A DNA stretch of 46,262 nt from a virus (Duplodnaviria; Caudoviricetes): positions 1-46,262 of IMG/VR virus record IMGVR_UViG_3300010048_000007; one strand, written 5' to 3'. The notes under the pieces were generated by a model. That model did no database searches. It saw only the letters and a list, made by a program, of their open reading frames with translations, and was not told where the DNA came from. Numbering within the stretch: the first letter of the stretch is position 1; each line of letters starts with the position of its first letter. Below are positions 1 to 8,885 of the stretch, piece after piece. Position numbers and translations under genes: made by a program.

Positions 1-123
1 GATATCGGTCTTGATTTGCGGCTCGGTCGACGCGTCAAAATAGGGGGCGCCGATGTCATCGAGCGCCGCCTGGGTTCGAATGATCGTGTAGGGATCGAGG
101 ACGTCGCCGGCAACGAGGTTGGC
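1..123. repeat. 123-bp direct terminal repeat (left copy); circular assembly overlap
   Basis: 1-123 is identical to 46140-46262 (gatatcggtc...aacgaggttggc); the capsid ORF reads in frame across the join. Confidence 0.97.
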
Positions 124-552
124 GCGCGACCCGCGCAGGTTCGGGTAATTGACTTGCGTGGCCCCCATCAACACCAAAAAGTCGTTGCGCTCGAGGCATT
201 CGCCGACCTGATAGCCGAGCATCCGCTTGGCTTGCTGGAAGGGGTCGTGAAAGATCGTCAGTTCGGCCACATCGGTGATGACGACCAAGCCGGCCCACTG
301 TTGTGCAGTGCCGATCACTTGTTGGATCGTCAACTGCTGCGAGGGCGGTGGAACGCCCTCTGCGATCGGACCGTATGGCAGCGGCAAGCGCTGGTAGCGG
401 GTCGCTGACCAGGTATTACCCCGGCCCCGCGGGATGCGCTTTCGTTCGCCAAATTGGTGGATCACCAGCCGGCGCTGCGCGATTGGCAGCACTTCCTCGG
501 CTAGATAAGCAAGGACGTCACCTTGTAACGAACCAGCAGTGGTTTGCGCCAT
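1..552 (-). CDS. Major capsid protein, N4-gp56-like, 5' part (continues at 46139..45330; ~453 aa total)
   Basis: Manual translation from ATG 552: MAQTTAGSLQGDVLAYLAEEVLPIAQRRLVIHQFGERKRIPRGRGNTWSATRYQRLPLPYGPIAEGVPP...QQWAGLVVITDVAE; open to position 1; directly downstream of scaffold; missing from the ORF track because it spans the origin. Confidence 0.88.
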   Translation of the reverse strand, partial: MAQTTAGSLQGDVLAYLAEEVLPIAQRRLVIHQFGERKRIPRGRGNTWSATRYQRLPLPYGPIAEGVPPPSQQLTIQQVIGTAQQWAGLVVITDVAELTIFHDPFQQAKRMLGYQVGECLERNDFLVLMGATQVNYPNLRGSRANLVAGDVLDPYTIIRTQAALDDIGAPYFDASTEPQIKTDI

Positions 553-589
553 TTATGGCTCCCGATGCGGGAGCCGCGGCGCGGCCCCC

Positions 590-1399
590 TTAAATAAGGA
601 CGCCCCGCAAGTGCTCGTAGCCGCGCCGCGCCGCGGCGGTGCGAGAGGGTGCCGCGACATTGCCGCGGCCGCCCGGCGGGCGAGCTCCGTTAGCTGCCTG
701 CACGGCAGCGGCCTGGTTGGTCTGGCGGGTCCGAGCGGATTTGAGATTGCGGCGGGTTGCCTCACCAACCGCCTTGTCGAGCAGATCGATTCGGGAAACT
801 CCGGGATATTGACGGTGGAGCTGCTCGACCTGATCGGCAAAGCGCTGCAGGCGAGGATTGTCAGCCAGCTCGCGGTCATAGGACTGCCGATCAGCGGCGT
901 CCCATACCTGAACTTGCGTAAGCTGGATGGCTTGCTGCACCTCGCGACGGGTGCGTTCGGAGTAAAATTGACTGACGCGAGCGGCGGCCTCATGCGGCGC
1001 CAGCATCGCGACTTGCTCGAACATCGCTTGTTCTTCGCGGCGCTGCTGCTCGGCAAGCTGCTCAGGGGTAGGGCCGCGTGGCTGCTGCTGCTGCCGCTCG
1101 AGCGCATCAAGGCGCTGCCGCAGATCGCGGTTTTCGCGAGTGATATTGTCCCACCGGGAGGTACCACTCGTCGGCCTTACATGCCGCGTCGGCCCGGTTT
1201 CAGCGGGCCTTTCTTCTTCAGCTTCGCTAGCGGTGTCGGGAGCTTCCCGCTGCGATCCGCGATCGCCGTCATCGGCGCTGTCTTCCGGCGCCCCGGCATC
1301 GGGCTCGTCGTCTCTAATGAAATCCTCTTCGGCCTGCGTGCCATCGTCGAGCGGCTCCGGCACCGATCCTGACGGATCGGAATTGCGATCTTCAGACAC
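590..1399 (-). CDS. Capsid scaffolding protein
   Basis: Acidic N-terminus and coiled-coil Q/E/R-rich body, immediately upstream of the capsid gene; GTG 1399 has a GGAG/GAGG RBS (track start 1435). Confidence 0.72.
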   Translation of the reverse strand: MSEDRNSDPSGSVPEPLDDGTQAEEDFIRDDEPDAGAPEDSADDGDRGSQREAPDTASEAEEERPAETGPTRHVRPTSGTSRWDNITRENRDLRQRLDALERQQQQPRGPTPEQLAEQQRREEQAMFEQVAMLAPHEAAARVSQFYSERTRREVQQAIQLTQVQVWDAADRQSYDRELADNPRLQRFADQVEQLHRQYPGVSRIDLLDKAVGEATRRNLKSARTRQTNQAAAVQAANGARPPGGRGNVAAPSRTAAARRGYEHLRGVLI

Positions 1400-1552
1400 C
1401 TCTTCCACTCCAACGGGGACTGCCGTCTGCCCCAACCGATGCCCACTACCGTCAGGGGCGACCGAGGGGGAAATTCTATCCGCTCAACATTTTACGATTG
1501 TCAAGAAATTTTCTCCTTAACAGCCCGAGATGCGCCGTACATATCTGCGCAT

Positions 1553-1720
1553 ATGGACGTATCTGGCGTTACCCCAATTCAGCTAAGAATACCCGATGCT
1601 CTCATGCTACGTATCGACAAATTGCGACTATCCCTCATGGTGCCACCCAATCGGTCGGAATTGATCCGTCACCTTCTGCTGGTCGGCTTGGAAGTGGTGG
1701 AAAAGGACCAAAAGAAATGA
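1553..1720 (+). CDS. Ribbon-helix-helix (CopG/Arc-like) DNA-binding protein
   Basis: TPIQLRIPDALMLRIDKLR...PNRSELIRHLL RHH pattern; ATGA overlap with next gene. Confidence 0.7.
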   Translation: MDVSGVTPIQLRIPDALMLRIDKLRLSLMVPPNRSELIRHLLLVGLEVVEKDQKK

Positions 1721-2472
1721 CCGATATCCTGGAATTCCGGATCAATCGCATGAGCGAAGAAGATTACAAGCGCGAGCGCGAGCGCATTCGTTCGACTTAT
1801 GGCGACAGCGGGATCGAAGCTGCCGCTAAACGCGACCAAGCGCTCGCCGCCCTGATGCATCGCAGCGGCTGGACCCAGGAACAGTTGGCGCAGGAGGAAG
1901 GTCTGTCACGGCCACGAGTGACACAAAGACTGACGTTTGGCCGGTTTCTTGATTTTGTTACCAGTGGTAACAATTCCCAAAACCTGCCCAAAAACCTCAC
2001 GGAGAGGCGTTTCCGAGGTTATTGGGAGCAGACCGAAAAGGATCTCGACGAGCGCTTCCGCTTCCGCGAAGTCGGCCGCCTAATCAAAGATGAACTAACC
2101 GCAATCAAGGATCGTGGCGAGCCGCTGACCAAACCAATTATCGAGGGATTTGCCGACGGCGAATGGCATGCCATCGCGACCATCGCGCGCAACCTCGAAG
2201 TCGAGCCGATCCGCGTCGAAAACGTCATCGGCCGAATGCGATCATCCAACAAACAGCCCAACCCAGAATTCAGAAAGACAGGCGCCGCGCGGCAAGTCCG
2301 CATGTTCCGGCCCGAAAAGATGATCAGCTCGCATGAGCTGGCAACAAAACTTTGGCCCATCATCAAAAGCCTAGTGCAGGAAGGCAACAAGCATATGGCC
2401 ACAATGTCACCAGACGCCGTGGCCCGAAATGCCCGCCAACTGCAACAGCTTCTCGATGAATGGACGAAGTAG
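1717..2472 (+). CDS. HTH DNA-binding protein (ParB/KorB-like HTH)
   Basis: SGWTQEQLAQEEGLSRPRVTQRL HTH; second possible wHTH (WHAIATIARNLEV); coupled start at 1717. Confidence 0.6.
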   Translation: MTDILEFRINRMSEEDYKRERERIRSTYGDSGIEAAAKRDQALAALMHRSGWTQEQLAQEEGLSRPRVTQRLTFGRFLDFVTSGNNSQNLPKNLTERRFRGYWEQTEKDLDERFRFREVGRLIKDELTAIKDRGEPLTKPIIEGFADGEWHAIATIARNLEVEPIRVENVIGRMRSSNKQPNPEFRKTGAARQVRMFRPEKMISSHELATKLWPIIKSLVQEGNKHMATMSPDAVARNARQLQQLLDEWTK

Positions 2473-2506
2473 CGGTGAGGTTGTCAGGCGACGGCCTCAC
2501 CGTTTT
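2473..2506 (+). terminator. Intergenic hairpin, possible intrinsic terminator or attenuator
   Basis: cggtgaggttgtc-aggc-gacggcctcaccg followed by tttt. Confidence 0.55.
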
Positions 2507-2528
2507 CTCATCGCCTGGAGAGTGAATC

Positions 2529-3401
2529 ATGTTTCACTTAGTCAAATCAGATACAGTGCCGCTGACAAAAGAACTCGCTGAACGGTTCCGCAACATGGAA
2601 CCATCGCCGACCGAGCGCGAAATCGACGGCGGTCGCATCAGACATCTGCGGCAAAAGGCCGATGCCGGTCTCCTGGTGCCATTCGATTGGGCTTCGGCCA
2701 CGCTAAACGGCACCGAATATCGAATGAATGCCCAGCACAGCAGCGCGATGCTGGGACAATTTGACGGTAATTTCCCGGCTGGACTGACGGCTCATGTCGA
2801 TCAATACAGCGTCGATTCGATAGAGGATCTGGCATTATTGTTTCGCCAGTTCGACGACCGCAAATCCTCACGCAGCACAGCCGATGTCTCGGGCGCTTAT
2901 CAAGGCCTGATCCCTGAGCTACGGGACGTGCCGCGCAAAACCGGCAAAGCAGCAATCGAAGGAGTTGCTTGGTATTTGCGGATGATCGAAGGGGTAAAGA
3001 CCCCGGCCGGCGACGAAGTATATCGCTTGTTCAACGACGTCGTACATCACGACTTCATCCGATTTCTTGGTGAAACACTGAGCACCAAAACGCCGGAGTT
3101 GTTCAGAGCTCCTGTCGTCGCCGCAATTTATGGCTCGCACGTTGCCAGCACCACCGGCGCCCGAGACTTCTGGTTTCAGGTCGCGCGCGGCGGTATCGAA
3201 TACGAAGAGGGCGCACCGTCTACCGCGCTCGACACATTTCTGCGCGCGGCCCACGAGAAGAGCGATGAACGGCTGAAAAATCTCAAGCCGGCCAACTACT
3301 TCCAAGGCTGCATCTACGCCTGGAACGCCTATCGCGATGGGCGGACGATCAAGGACATCCGGTGCGATACGAAAAAGGGATGGAATTCGATCCACGAATA
3401 A
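2529..3401 (+). CDS. ParB/Srx-like (DGQHR-type) protein with degenerate motif
   Basis: LTKELAERF...EREIDGGRI...YRMNAQHSSAM...FDDRKSSRSTADV resembles phage ParB-N/DGQHR proteins; GGAG RBS. Confidence 0.5.
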   Translation: MFHLVKSDTVPLTKELAERFRNMEPSPTEREIDGGRIRHLRQKADAGLLVPFDWASATLNGTEYRMNAQHSSAMLGQFDGNFPAGLTAHVDQYSVDSIEDLALLFRQFDDRKSSRSTADVSGAYQGLIPELRDVPRKTGKAAIEGVAWYLRMIEGVKTPAGDEVYRLFNDVVHHDFIRFLGETLSTKTPELFRAPVVAAIYGSHVASTTGARDFWFQVARGGIEYEEGAPSTALDTFLRAAHEKSDERLKNLKPANYFQGCIYAWNAYRDGRTIKDIRCDTKKGWNSIHE

Positions 3402-3418
3402 TGTTTCATGCCAGCCAG

Positions 3419-3446
3419 CGAGGCCCTTCGGGGCCTCGTTTCGTTT
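3419..3446 (+). terminator. Rho-independent terminator
   Basis: cgaggccc-ttcg-gggcctcg (cUUCGg loop) plus tttcgttt right after the 3401 stop. Confidence 0.85.
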
Positions 3447-3458
3447 AAAATGGCTGGC

Positions 3459-3836
3459 TCAGGCCAGGTCCACGATAAACCACTTACCCCCGTCGTTGGC
3501 ATATTTGCCAGCCGTGCGTCCCCGATCGAGCGCAAAGCGGATCGCGCTTTGCGACACGCGCCGCTCATCTTTGCTCGCCGCCATTTGCTCAATCTCGAGC
3601 GAGGAGGCCCCTTGCGGAGCGGTTTCGGTCAGCACGCGCATGACCAGCGCGTCAGGGGCGCCGCGCGGCGCCCGCGTCTTGGAAGCACCGTTCGATGAGG
3701 CAGGCTTCATCGCTATCGGCACTGCGATTTTAGCGGCCTCTACAAGACGACTGATCGCGTCGGTCTCGCCGCGCCGATAAGATTCCTCGAGTGCGGCGGT
3801 AAGGGCACTATGCAACCGCTCAATAGCATCGCTCAT
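3459..3836 (-). CDS. Small hypothetical protein, possible winged-helix C-terminus
   Basis: 125 aa, GAGGAG RBS, own promoter; helical N-terminus plus SSLEIEQMA...SAIRFALDR...KWF. Confidence 0.6.
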   Translation of the reverse strand: MSDAIERLHSALTAALEESYRRGETDAISRLVEAAKIAVPIAMKPASSNGASKTRAPRGAPDALVMRVLTETAPQGASSLEIEQMAASKDERRVSQSAIRFALDRGRTAGKYANDGGKWFIVDLA

Positions 3837-3866
3837 GGCCAGCTCCTCGTTAAATCCGGGAGCGCT

Positions 3867-3895
3867 ATATAGCGCCGCTATCGCACAACACCAAG
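3867..3895 (-). promoter_or_regulatory. Alphaproteobacterial-type sigma70 promoter overlapping a 14-bp palindrome
   Basis: CTTGGT-N17-CTATAT on the minus strand; perfect palindrome gcgctatatagcgc at 3862-3875. Confidence 0.55.
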
Positions 3896-3903
3896 GCTAA
3901 ATA

Positions 3904-6054
3904 TCACATCCGTCTCGGCATCGGAATGACACCACCGGCGCGCGGCATCTGATCGGGATGGAGCGCCCCCGGCGGACCCCGCATTAGCCGCGGCTGCTGC
4001 GGCTGAGCCCCCGGCTGTGAGCCGGTGGGTCCGCGCGCGCCACGCGGTTGCCGCCGCGGCTGAGCGCCAGGCTGCTGCAGCTGCGCCCCGGCTTGCGCCT
4101 GCATCTGCGCCATCGCCTTCATCTTCATCGCGATCTGATGCAGTTGTTGATGGCGGAATGTCACCATGTGCGCCGGGGTGCCGGGCGGTAGCGTTTGCAG
4201 CAGCTGCTGGTGCGCCTGCATGTGCTGCGGATCGTTGTCGAACGGCGACACCTCGGCTTCAAGCCCCATCGCCAGCATCTGATTTTCGAGCTGCGGGTCG
4301 ACCGAGACCTGGTCGCTGATGTCCTCAAAAATCTTTGGTGCCAGCCGCGGCGAGAACGCCGCCTCGACGACATGGTGGATCAGCGGCACCAAATTCAAGC
4401 GCTTGCCGGCTTGCTGCACCGAGGGGTGCTGCGCCATCGGCGCGATGACATTGACCGCCGCGATCTGCTGCTGGATCTGCTGCGAGGCGCGCGAGGCTTG
4501 CACCCCCCACCACTCGTACGCCCAACGTTGCCCGAGCTGCATCGGCGGCACCTCGACCATCGCCGCCTTCAAGCCGAGTTCGCCAAACGCCCGCACGGTC
4601 TTCTCGCGATCGCGGAATTGCGCATCATACTCGGCAAACCGCGTTATCATTTCGTTGAGCAACCCGGTTTCGAGGTTGTGCACCTCGGTGTCGGTCATCA
4701 GCATCTCGGTACGCTGAGCCTGCGCCACCTCGGCTTGATTGAGCTTCCGGTTGGTCGGAAGCTGCGCCATCTCCATCGGCGTCACCCCCATCGCCATATT
4801 GATCATTCTTTCCGCGGCCAAAACCCCTTCGAAGGCCTTGGGCAGCAGGTCGGGGAATTGAATCGGCTCGATCGCACCCGGCGGCGCCGGCCACAGCGCC
4901 ATCAGATCGATGATCAGCGCATCGGCATTTGGCACTTTGTCAGGGTCGTAACGAATCGGCGGCAGCATCGCCAAGGTCGCCTGGTCCAACCCCTGACAGA
5001 GCAAATCATTGGCGCCATATTGGAGCTCGGCAACGCCCGGTTTGATCTGCGACATTCCCTTGAAATTGCCCGGCAATTTGTCGATCGGCACGGAGATGAC
5101 GTCGATCTTGTCGCACCAGTACGGGTTGAGCCGGCACGACAAAAAGCGGTTCTCCCCGGCAAAATACGCCAGGCACAAGCGCTCTCGTTTGTCCTTGCCG
5201 GTGCCGACTTCGAGCTTGGTCCACGTACGATAGATGAGGGCATACTCGCCTTTGCCCTTGATCCCGGCGACGTCGAGGTTGAGCTTTTCTTGATCTTCGG
5301 AGCGGTCCCGCCGCATCGCCCCGAGCAACTCCTCGCCGGATGAGGCGTCGATCTCGCCCTCGTCGACCAACCAATCGATCTTGGCCTTGTCCCAGCGCCG
5401 CAGCACAGTGACCGAACCGCCCGCCGCAAGCGCCTCATAAAGCTTGTCAGAGTTTGCCGGCAGCACCACAAGGTCGGCGTCGAGCACAACCTCGACGTCG
5501 GGTCCGGCATCCTCGATCTCGCTGGCCCGCAGCGAGAGCACCGGCTCGGCAACCTCGGCCGGCATGTCCATACCTAACAGGCGGATCGGCTGCGGAATGC
5601 GCTCAACCACCGCGCGCTTGCGCTCGCCCCAACTCACCAGCACCGTCATTTGCCCTTCGACGATGCCGGCAACCAACAGACCGGGGATCACCAGCGAGCG
5701 CAGATCGGCACGCTTGATGTAGTACTCCAAGAGCGAGACCTGCGCGTCGGGCGACAGGTCGTCATGGCTGACGACTTGAACGTGACGCCCGGAATCGGGA
5801 AATGTTTGGTTGAGCCAGCGCCGCCGCAACGCCTTGATCGCGTTGCGCACCAGCGGTGCGTAGACCTTAGCGTTGCCGGAATAAAACTGATTTGTGCTTC
5901 TTTCACAGTTCCAGATCTTCCAAAAGTCCTGCAAATCGTTTGACCGGTCCATCTGATCCATAAAGCCCTTTTCGACTTTACGATAGACATCGATCAATTG
6001 CTCTTGTATATAGGGTAATTTAACGAGTTCAGCACCGCGCTTGGGAAAGGCCAT
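3904..6054 (-). CDS. Portal protein (P22-like size)
   Basis: 716 aa directly after TerL; Q/P-rich C-terminal tail typical of podovirus portals. Confidence 0.82.
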   Translation of the reverse strand: MAFPKRGAELVKLPYIQEQLIDVYRKVEKGFMDQMDRSNDLQDFWKIWNCERSTNQFYSGNAKVYAPLVRNAIKALRRRWLNQTFPDSGRHVQVVSHDDLSPDAQVSLLEYYIKRADLRSLVIPGLLVAGIVEGQMTVLVSWGERKRAVVERIPQPIRLLGMDMPAEVAEPVLSLRASEIEDAGPDVEVVLDADLVVLPANSDKLYEALAAGGSVTVLRRWDKAKIDWLVDEGEIDASSGEELLGAMRRDRSEDQEKLNLDVAGIKGKGEYALIYRTWTKLEVGTGKDKRERLCLAYFAGENRFLSCRLNPYWCDKIDVISVPIDKLPGNFKGMSQIKPGVAELQYGANDLLCQGLDQATLAMLPPIRYDPDKVPNADALIIDLMALWPAPPGAIEPIQFPDLLPKAFEGVLAAERMINMAMGVTPMEMAQLPTNRKLNQAEVAQAQRTEMLMTDTEVHNLETGLLNEMITRFAEYDAQFRDREKTVRAFGELGLKAAMVEVPPMQLGQRWAYEWWGVQASRASQQIQQQIAAVNVIAPMAQHPSVQQAGKRLNLVPLIHHVVEAAFSPRLAPKIFEDISDQVSVDPQLENQMLAMGLEAEVSPFDNDPQHMQAHQQLLQTLPPGTPAHMVTFRHQQLHQIAMKMKAMAQMQAQAGAQLQQPGAQPRRQPRGARGPTGSQPGAQPQQPRLMRGPPGALHPDQMPRAGGVIPMPRRM

Positions 6055-6055
6055 C

Positions 6056-8071
6056 TCAATTCAACCTCTTGCCAAAGCCCTGCCGGCCAAAATCGGACGG
6101 CCGGCCATCTTCGAAGGCCGAGGCGTAGCGCCGGTAACGGCGCCCATCCGAGGTGAAGGACCAGTGTGCGTTCTCATCGGCGATCCCGACCCCGGCCAGC
6201 GCCATGGTCGATTCTATGCCCTCCATTAAGATTCGATACACGCCGGGTGTGGGTTCAGGGTTTCCGGGCTTTCTGGCATAACCGCAACTGAGAGCGGCAA
6301 GGGTCCAGCGGGCGTCGACGGCGACTGAGAAGGCGGGAAGCTCGCGCGAAAAGTGAGCGAGCCCGCGTCGCAGAAAATCTCGACCGCGATCGGCGGCCCC
6401 ACCTTGTCGAACCGCCGATGGAATGCGAGCAATTGCCTGTACAAGGCCGATATTGTGCCACTGGTCGAAGTGTGCAGGAGGGAGGCTGACATCAATTCGA
6501 GCGCCAGCCGCGAGACCTGCTTCCCGGACAATCTGAGCCGCACCCACCCCGGGGTCTCCTTCTCGGACCCAGTCTCGGATGATGACGGTTCGGCCATTGG
6601 CATGCCCCACTAAAGCCCCGGTCGTGTAGGCCCCATCGGCATTCAGTGCAAGATAGAGCGGCTCGCCGCGCGGCCAGAAGATGCGCTCGGCAACGTGCAC
6701 CGAAGGCAGAAAGTCTTCATAGACCGGCAGCCCCGGACGCAGGATCAGCGCGTAGGCAAGCGCGTTGGGTCCATCGATTCGTCCTCGGGGAAAGCCTGCA
6801 AAAGCTCCGACAAGATCGGGCAATTCCCGTGCAAGCACGATCTCACCGCCACGCGCATGAGGTTCCAACCCTCGGATAAAGGTAAGTTTGTCCCGAGGCG
6901 ACCGCAGTGGTTGCAATGGTAGAAATACAGCCCTTTTGGCCGCCTCATTTCGGATTGGCTCAAGCGCCCACTCTTCAAGCCCAACCTCCTCAAAACCAAT
7001 CAACACCGGGTGGTAGCGCTCCTCGAGCTCGAACATAATCTCGAGGAGCTCGGAAGGTCGATAGAAACCCGTGCGGTCCTCCCACACGACAAGCTTATTT
7101 CCCACCCAGGAGAAGACAACGATGCCCGTAGCAGCAGAGGACGCGCGCACAGTTCGAGCAGGGTCGAACATACAATAAACGGGCTCATACGTTCGCACGC
7201 GCGGCTCGACCCGGAAGTACTCAGCCCGGAAATCTCTAGATTGATCGTCTGCGGCATTGCACATCATCTCCATTTCCCAGATCCCGGCCTCGCCATGCTT
7301 CTGGTATTCGAGCCGCTCGCGCTCGATCCACGCCATCGGGAAGCGCGCCGGCCACGAGGCCTGCTCGACGCCGTCAGCATCAAGGTAGGCGACCGGGAAA
7401 TATTTGACCGGCCAGCCGGCCCGTACCAGCTGCATCGGGACGCAATCGGCGTGCATGATCGTCGCCAGCACCCGCATCCGCGCGCGCGGATGACAGGCCA
7501 GGCGCAACTCTCGCAGAAACCACCGCAGCATGCCGCGCCGGCCCTCAGGCGAGAGCACATTCTCGGCGTCTTCAAAGTCGTCGACGATGACCAGATCGGG
7601 CCGGCTCGTCACCTGCTTCAAGCCGCGGATGTCCTGGCCGCGGCCCAGCGCCAGGATCACCGCGCCATTGCGCAGCGTGATTTTCGTCTGGGTCTGCCCG
7701 AGCGGGTCGAGCGGGTCCGGCCATAAGGTCAGTAAGAGATCATTCAAGCGTAGCTCGGCTGCCACCGCACCGAGCCGCTCGGCCGCGCGGGTCTCTGACG
7801 GGCCGATGAAGACACAGCACCGGAACGCGCCCTCGAGCCCGGCGACCGCGACGTGCTCCTCGGCAAAGGTCGACTTCGCGCCGCCGCGGAACCCGAGGAT
7901 GACCTGGCGCCCCTCGGGCGACCAGAAGCAATCGGAGAGCTCGCGGTGCCACAGCGCCGGCGCATCCTCGTGGCGGTGCCGGAAGACCTCCTCATGCGCC
8001 GCAAAGCGGTCCTCGCGCAGCCGCTCTTTCAGCCGGGCGATGCGCTGGGCCCCCGGCAGGTCAGCCATCAA
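6056..8071 (-). CDS. terL: Terminase large subunit
   Basis: Walker A GFRGGAKST, Walker B DLVIVDDFE, coupling motif LATIMH, nuclease FDPA...IDGPNALAYA. Confidence 0.92.
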   Translation of the reverse strand: MMADLPGAQRIARLKERLREDRFAAHEEVFRHRHEDAPALWHRELSDCFWSPEGRQVILGFRGGAKSTFAEEHVAVAGLEGAFRCCVFIGPSETRAAERLGAVAAELRLNDLLLTLWPDPLDPLGQTQTKITLRNGAVILALGRGQDIRGLKQVTSRPDLVIVDDFEDAENVLSPEGRRGMLRWFLRELRLACHPRARMRVLATIMHADCVPMQLVRAGWPVKYFPVAYLDADGVEQASWPARFPMAWIERERLEYQKHGEAGIWEMEMMCNAADDQSRDFRAEYFRVEPRVRTYEPVYCMFDPARTVRASSAATGIVVFSWVGNKLVVWEDRTGFYRPSELLEIMFELEERYHPVLIGFEEVGLEEWALEPIRNEAAKRAVFLPLQPLRSPRDKLTFIRGLEPHARGGEIVLARELPDLVGAFAGFPRGRIDGPNALAYALILRPGLPVYEDFLPSVHVAERIFWPRGEPLYLALNADGAYTTGALVGHANGRTVIIRDWVREGDPGVGAAQIVREAGLAAGARIDVSLPPAHFDQWHNIGLVQAIARIPSAVRQGGAADRGRDFLRRGLAHFSRELPAFSVAVDARWTLAALSCGYARKPGNPEPTPGVYRILMEGIESTMALAGVGIADENAHWSFTSDGRRYRRYASAFEDGRPSDFGRQGFGKRLN

Positions 8072-8271
8072 ACCGGCTCACTTCCCAACTTGCGAAGGGC
8101 TGCCGCGAGTGCTTCGCACGCTTGATTGTGCTCCTCATCAAGCGCCCACCTTGCACCGCCCCGCAGCACAATCAGGCTCTCAGCAATCCTCGCACAGCGT
8201 TCCCGCTCGTCGCTTCGGGCCGTGGCGATGATGACGTCTAGCTCATCCGGCGTCCTCGTCCTCATCATCAT
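8068..8271 (-). CDS. Hypothetical phage protein (ERERCARIAE motif)
   Basis: Common small-phage motif; 4-bp overlap with terL start. Confidence 0.6.
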   Translation of the reverse strand: MMMRTRTPDELDVIIATARSDERERCARIAESLIVLRGGARWALDEEHNQACEALAAALRKLGSEPV

Positions 8272-8374
8272 CCTCTCCCTCGAGCGGGAAGCCAGCCATC
8301 TCATCCCAGTCGACCGCGATCTCGTCATCGTCGTCCGGCGCGTCCGGATCGCCGTTGAGGCGGTCGTCCGGCAT
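8243..8374 (-). CDS. Very acidic 43-aa peptide
   Basis: MPDDRLNGDPDAPDDDDEIAVDWDEMAGFPLEGEDDDEDEDAG; TGATG coupling to the upstream gene. Confidence 0.5.
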   Translation of the reverse strand: MPDDRLNGDPDAPDDDDEIAVDWDEMAGFPLEGEDDDEDEDAG

Positions 8375-8580
8375 CAGTCGATAACCAGCTTCAAGGTCGC
8401 CGCGATAAACGACCCCATCATCAGCACTCCCGTCCCGTCCTCGGGGAACCACGCGCACTCAATCTGCGAGCCGTCCGCCGCAAGCGCCGTCACCGTCATC
8501 GCCGGGCCGCCCGAGGCCAGCCGCACGCAATCACCAACCTCGAAAACAATCGCCGCACGCCCTTCGCGCCCTTCGCTCAC
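8374..8580 (-). CDS. DUF2158/YodC-family protein
   Basis: FEVGDCVRLASGGPAMTV...IECAWF signature; GAGGAGG RBS before GTG 8580. Confidence 0.8.
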   Translation of the reverse strand: MSEGREGRAAIVFEVGDCVRLASGGPAMTVTALAADGSQIECAWFPEDGTGVLMMGSFIAATLKLVID

Positions 8581-8686
8581 GCCAACCTCCTCTGGCAAAC
8601 CGCCGTAGCCAGTACCGCGCCCAGTAGCGCCACTGCCGCCGCTCGCGCGACCGCCGAGGCGCGCGGCGCACCAACCGATGCCTCAC
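8531..8686 (-). CDS. Arg/Trp-rich 51-aa peptide (not in ORF track)
   Basis: Manual translation MRHRLVRRAPRRSRERRQWRYWARYWLRRFARGGWRERRARRACGDCFRGW; G-rich RBS, high GC3. Confidence 0.35.
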   Translation of the reverse strand: MRHRLVRRAPRRSRERRQWRYWARYWLRRFARGGWRERRARRACGDCFRGW

Positions 8687-8756
8687 TTATCCCCGCCTTC
8701 CACCGTTTTGCCCACAGCCGGCCGCTTGACGGCAAGGTTAACCCAGGCGTCACATA

Positions 8757-8787
8757 ACGCAAAAGAGCCCGGGGAGGCCGGGCTCTT
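8757..8787 (-). terminator. Intrinsic terminator upstream of the packaging operon
   Basis: 10-bp stem aagagcccgg/ccgggctctt with TTTT tail on the minus strand. Confidence 0.65.
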
Positions 8788-8885
8788 CGCAGTCCACTGG
8801 GGAATCGTGAACAAGGGTAGCTCTACGCATCCGGAACAGCGTCGGAGCGAACCGGACCCTGCCCCCAAAAATCGGGATCTGTCAA

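Noticed and set aside
1-123. Terminal repeat as a biological DTR or att site
   Set aside because: It falls in the middle of the capsid gene and is best explained as assembler overlap of a circular or permuted genome
4017-8231. Long plus-strand ORFs opposite portal and terminase (e.g. 4195..5343, 7010..7726, 7530..8231)
   Set aside because: Antisense shadow ORFs expected in high-GC coding DNA; no motifs
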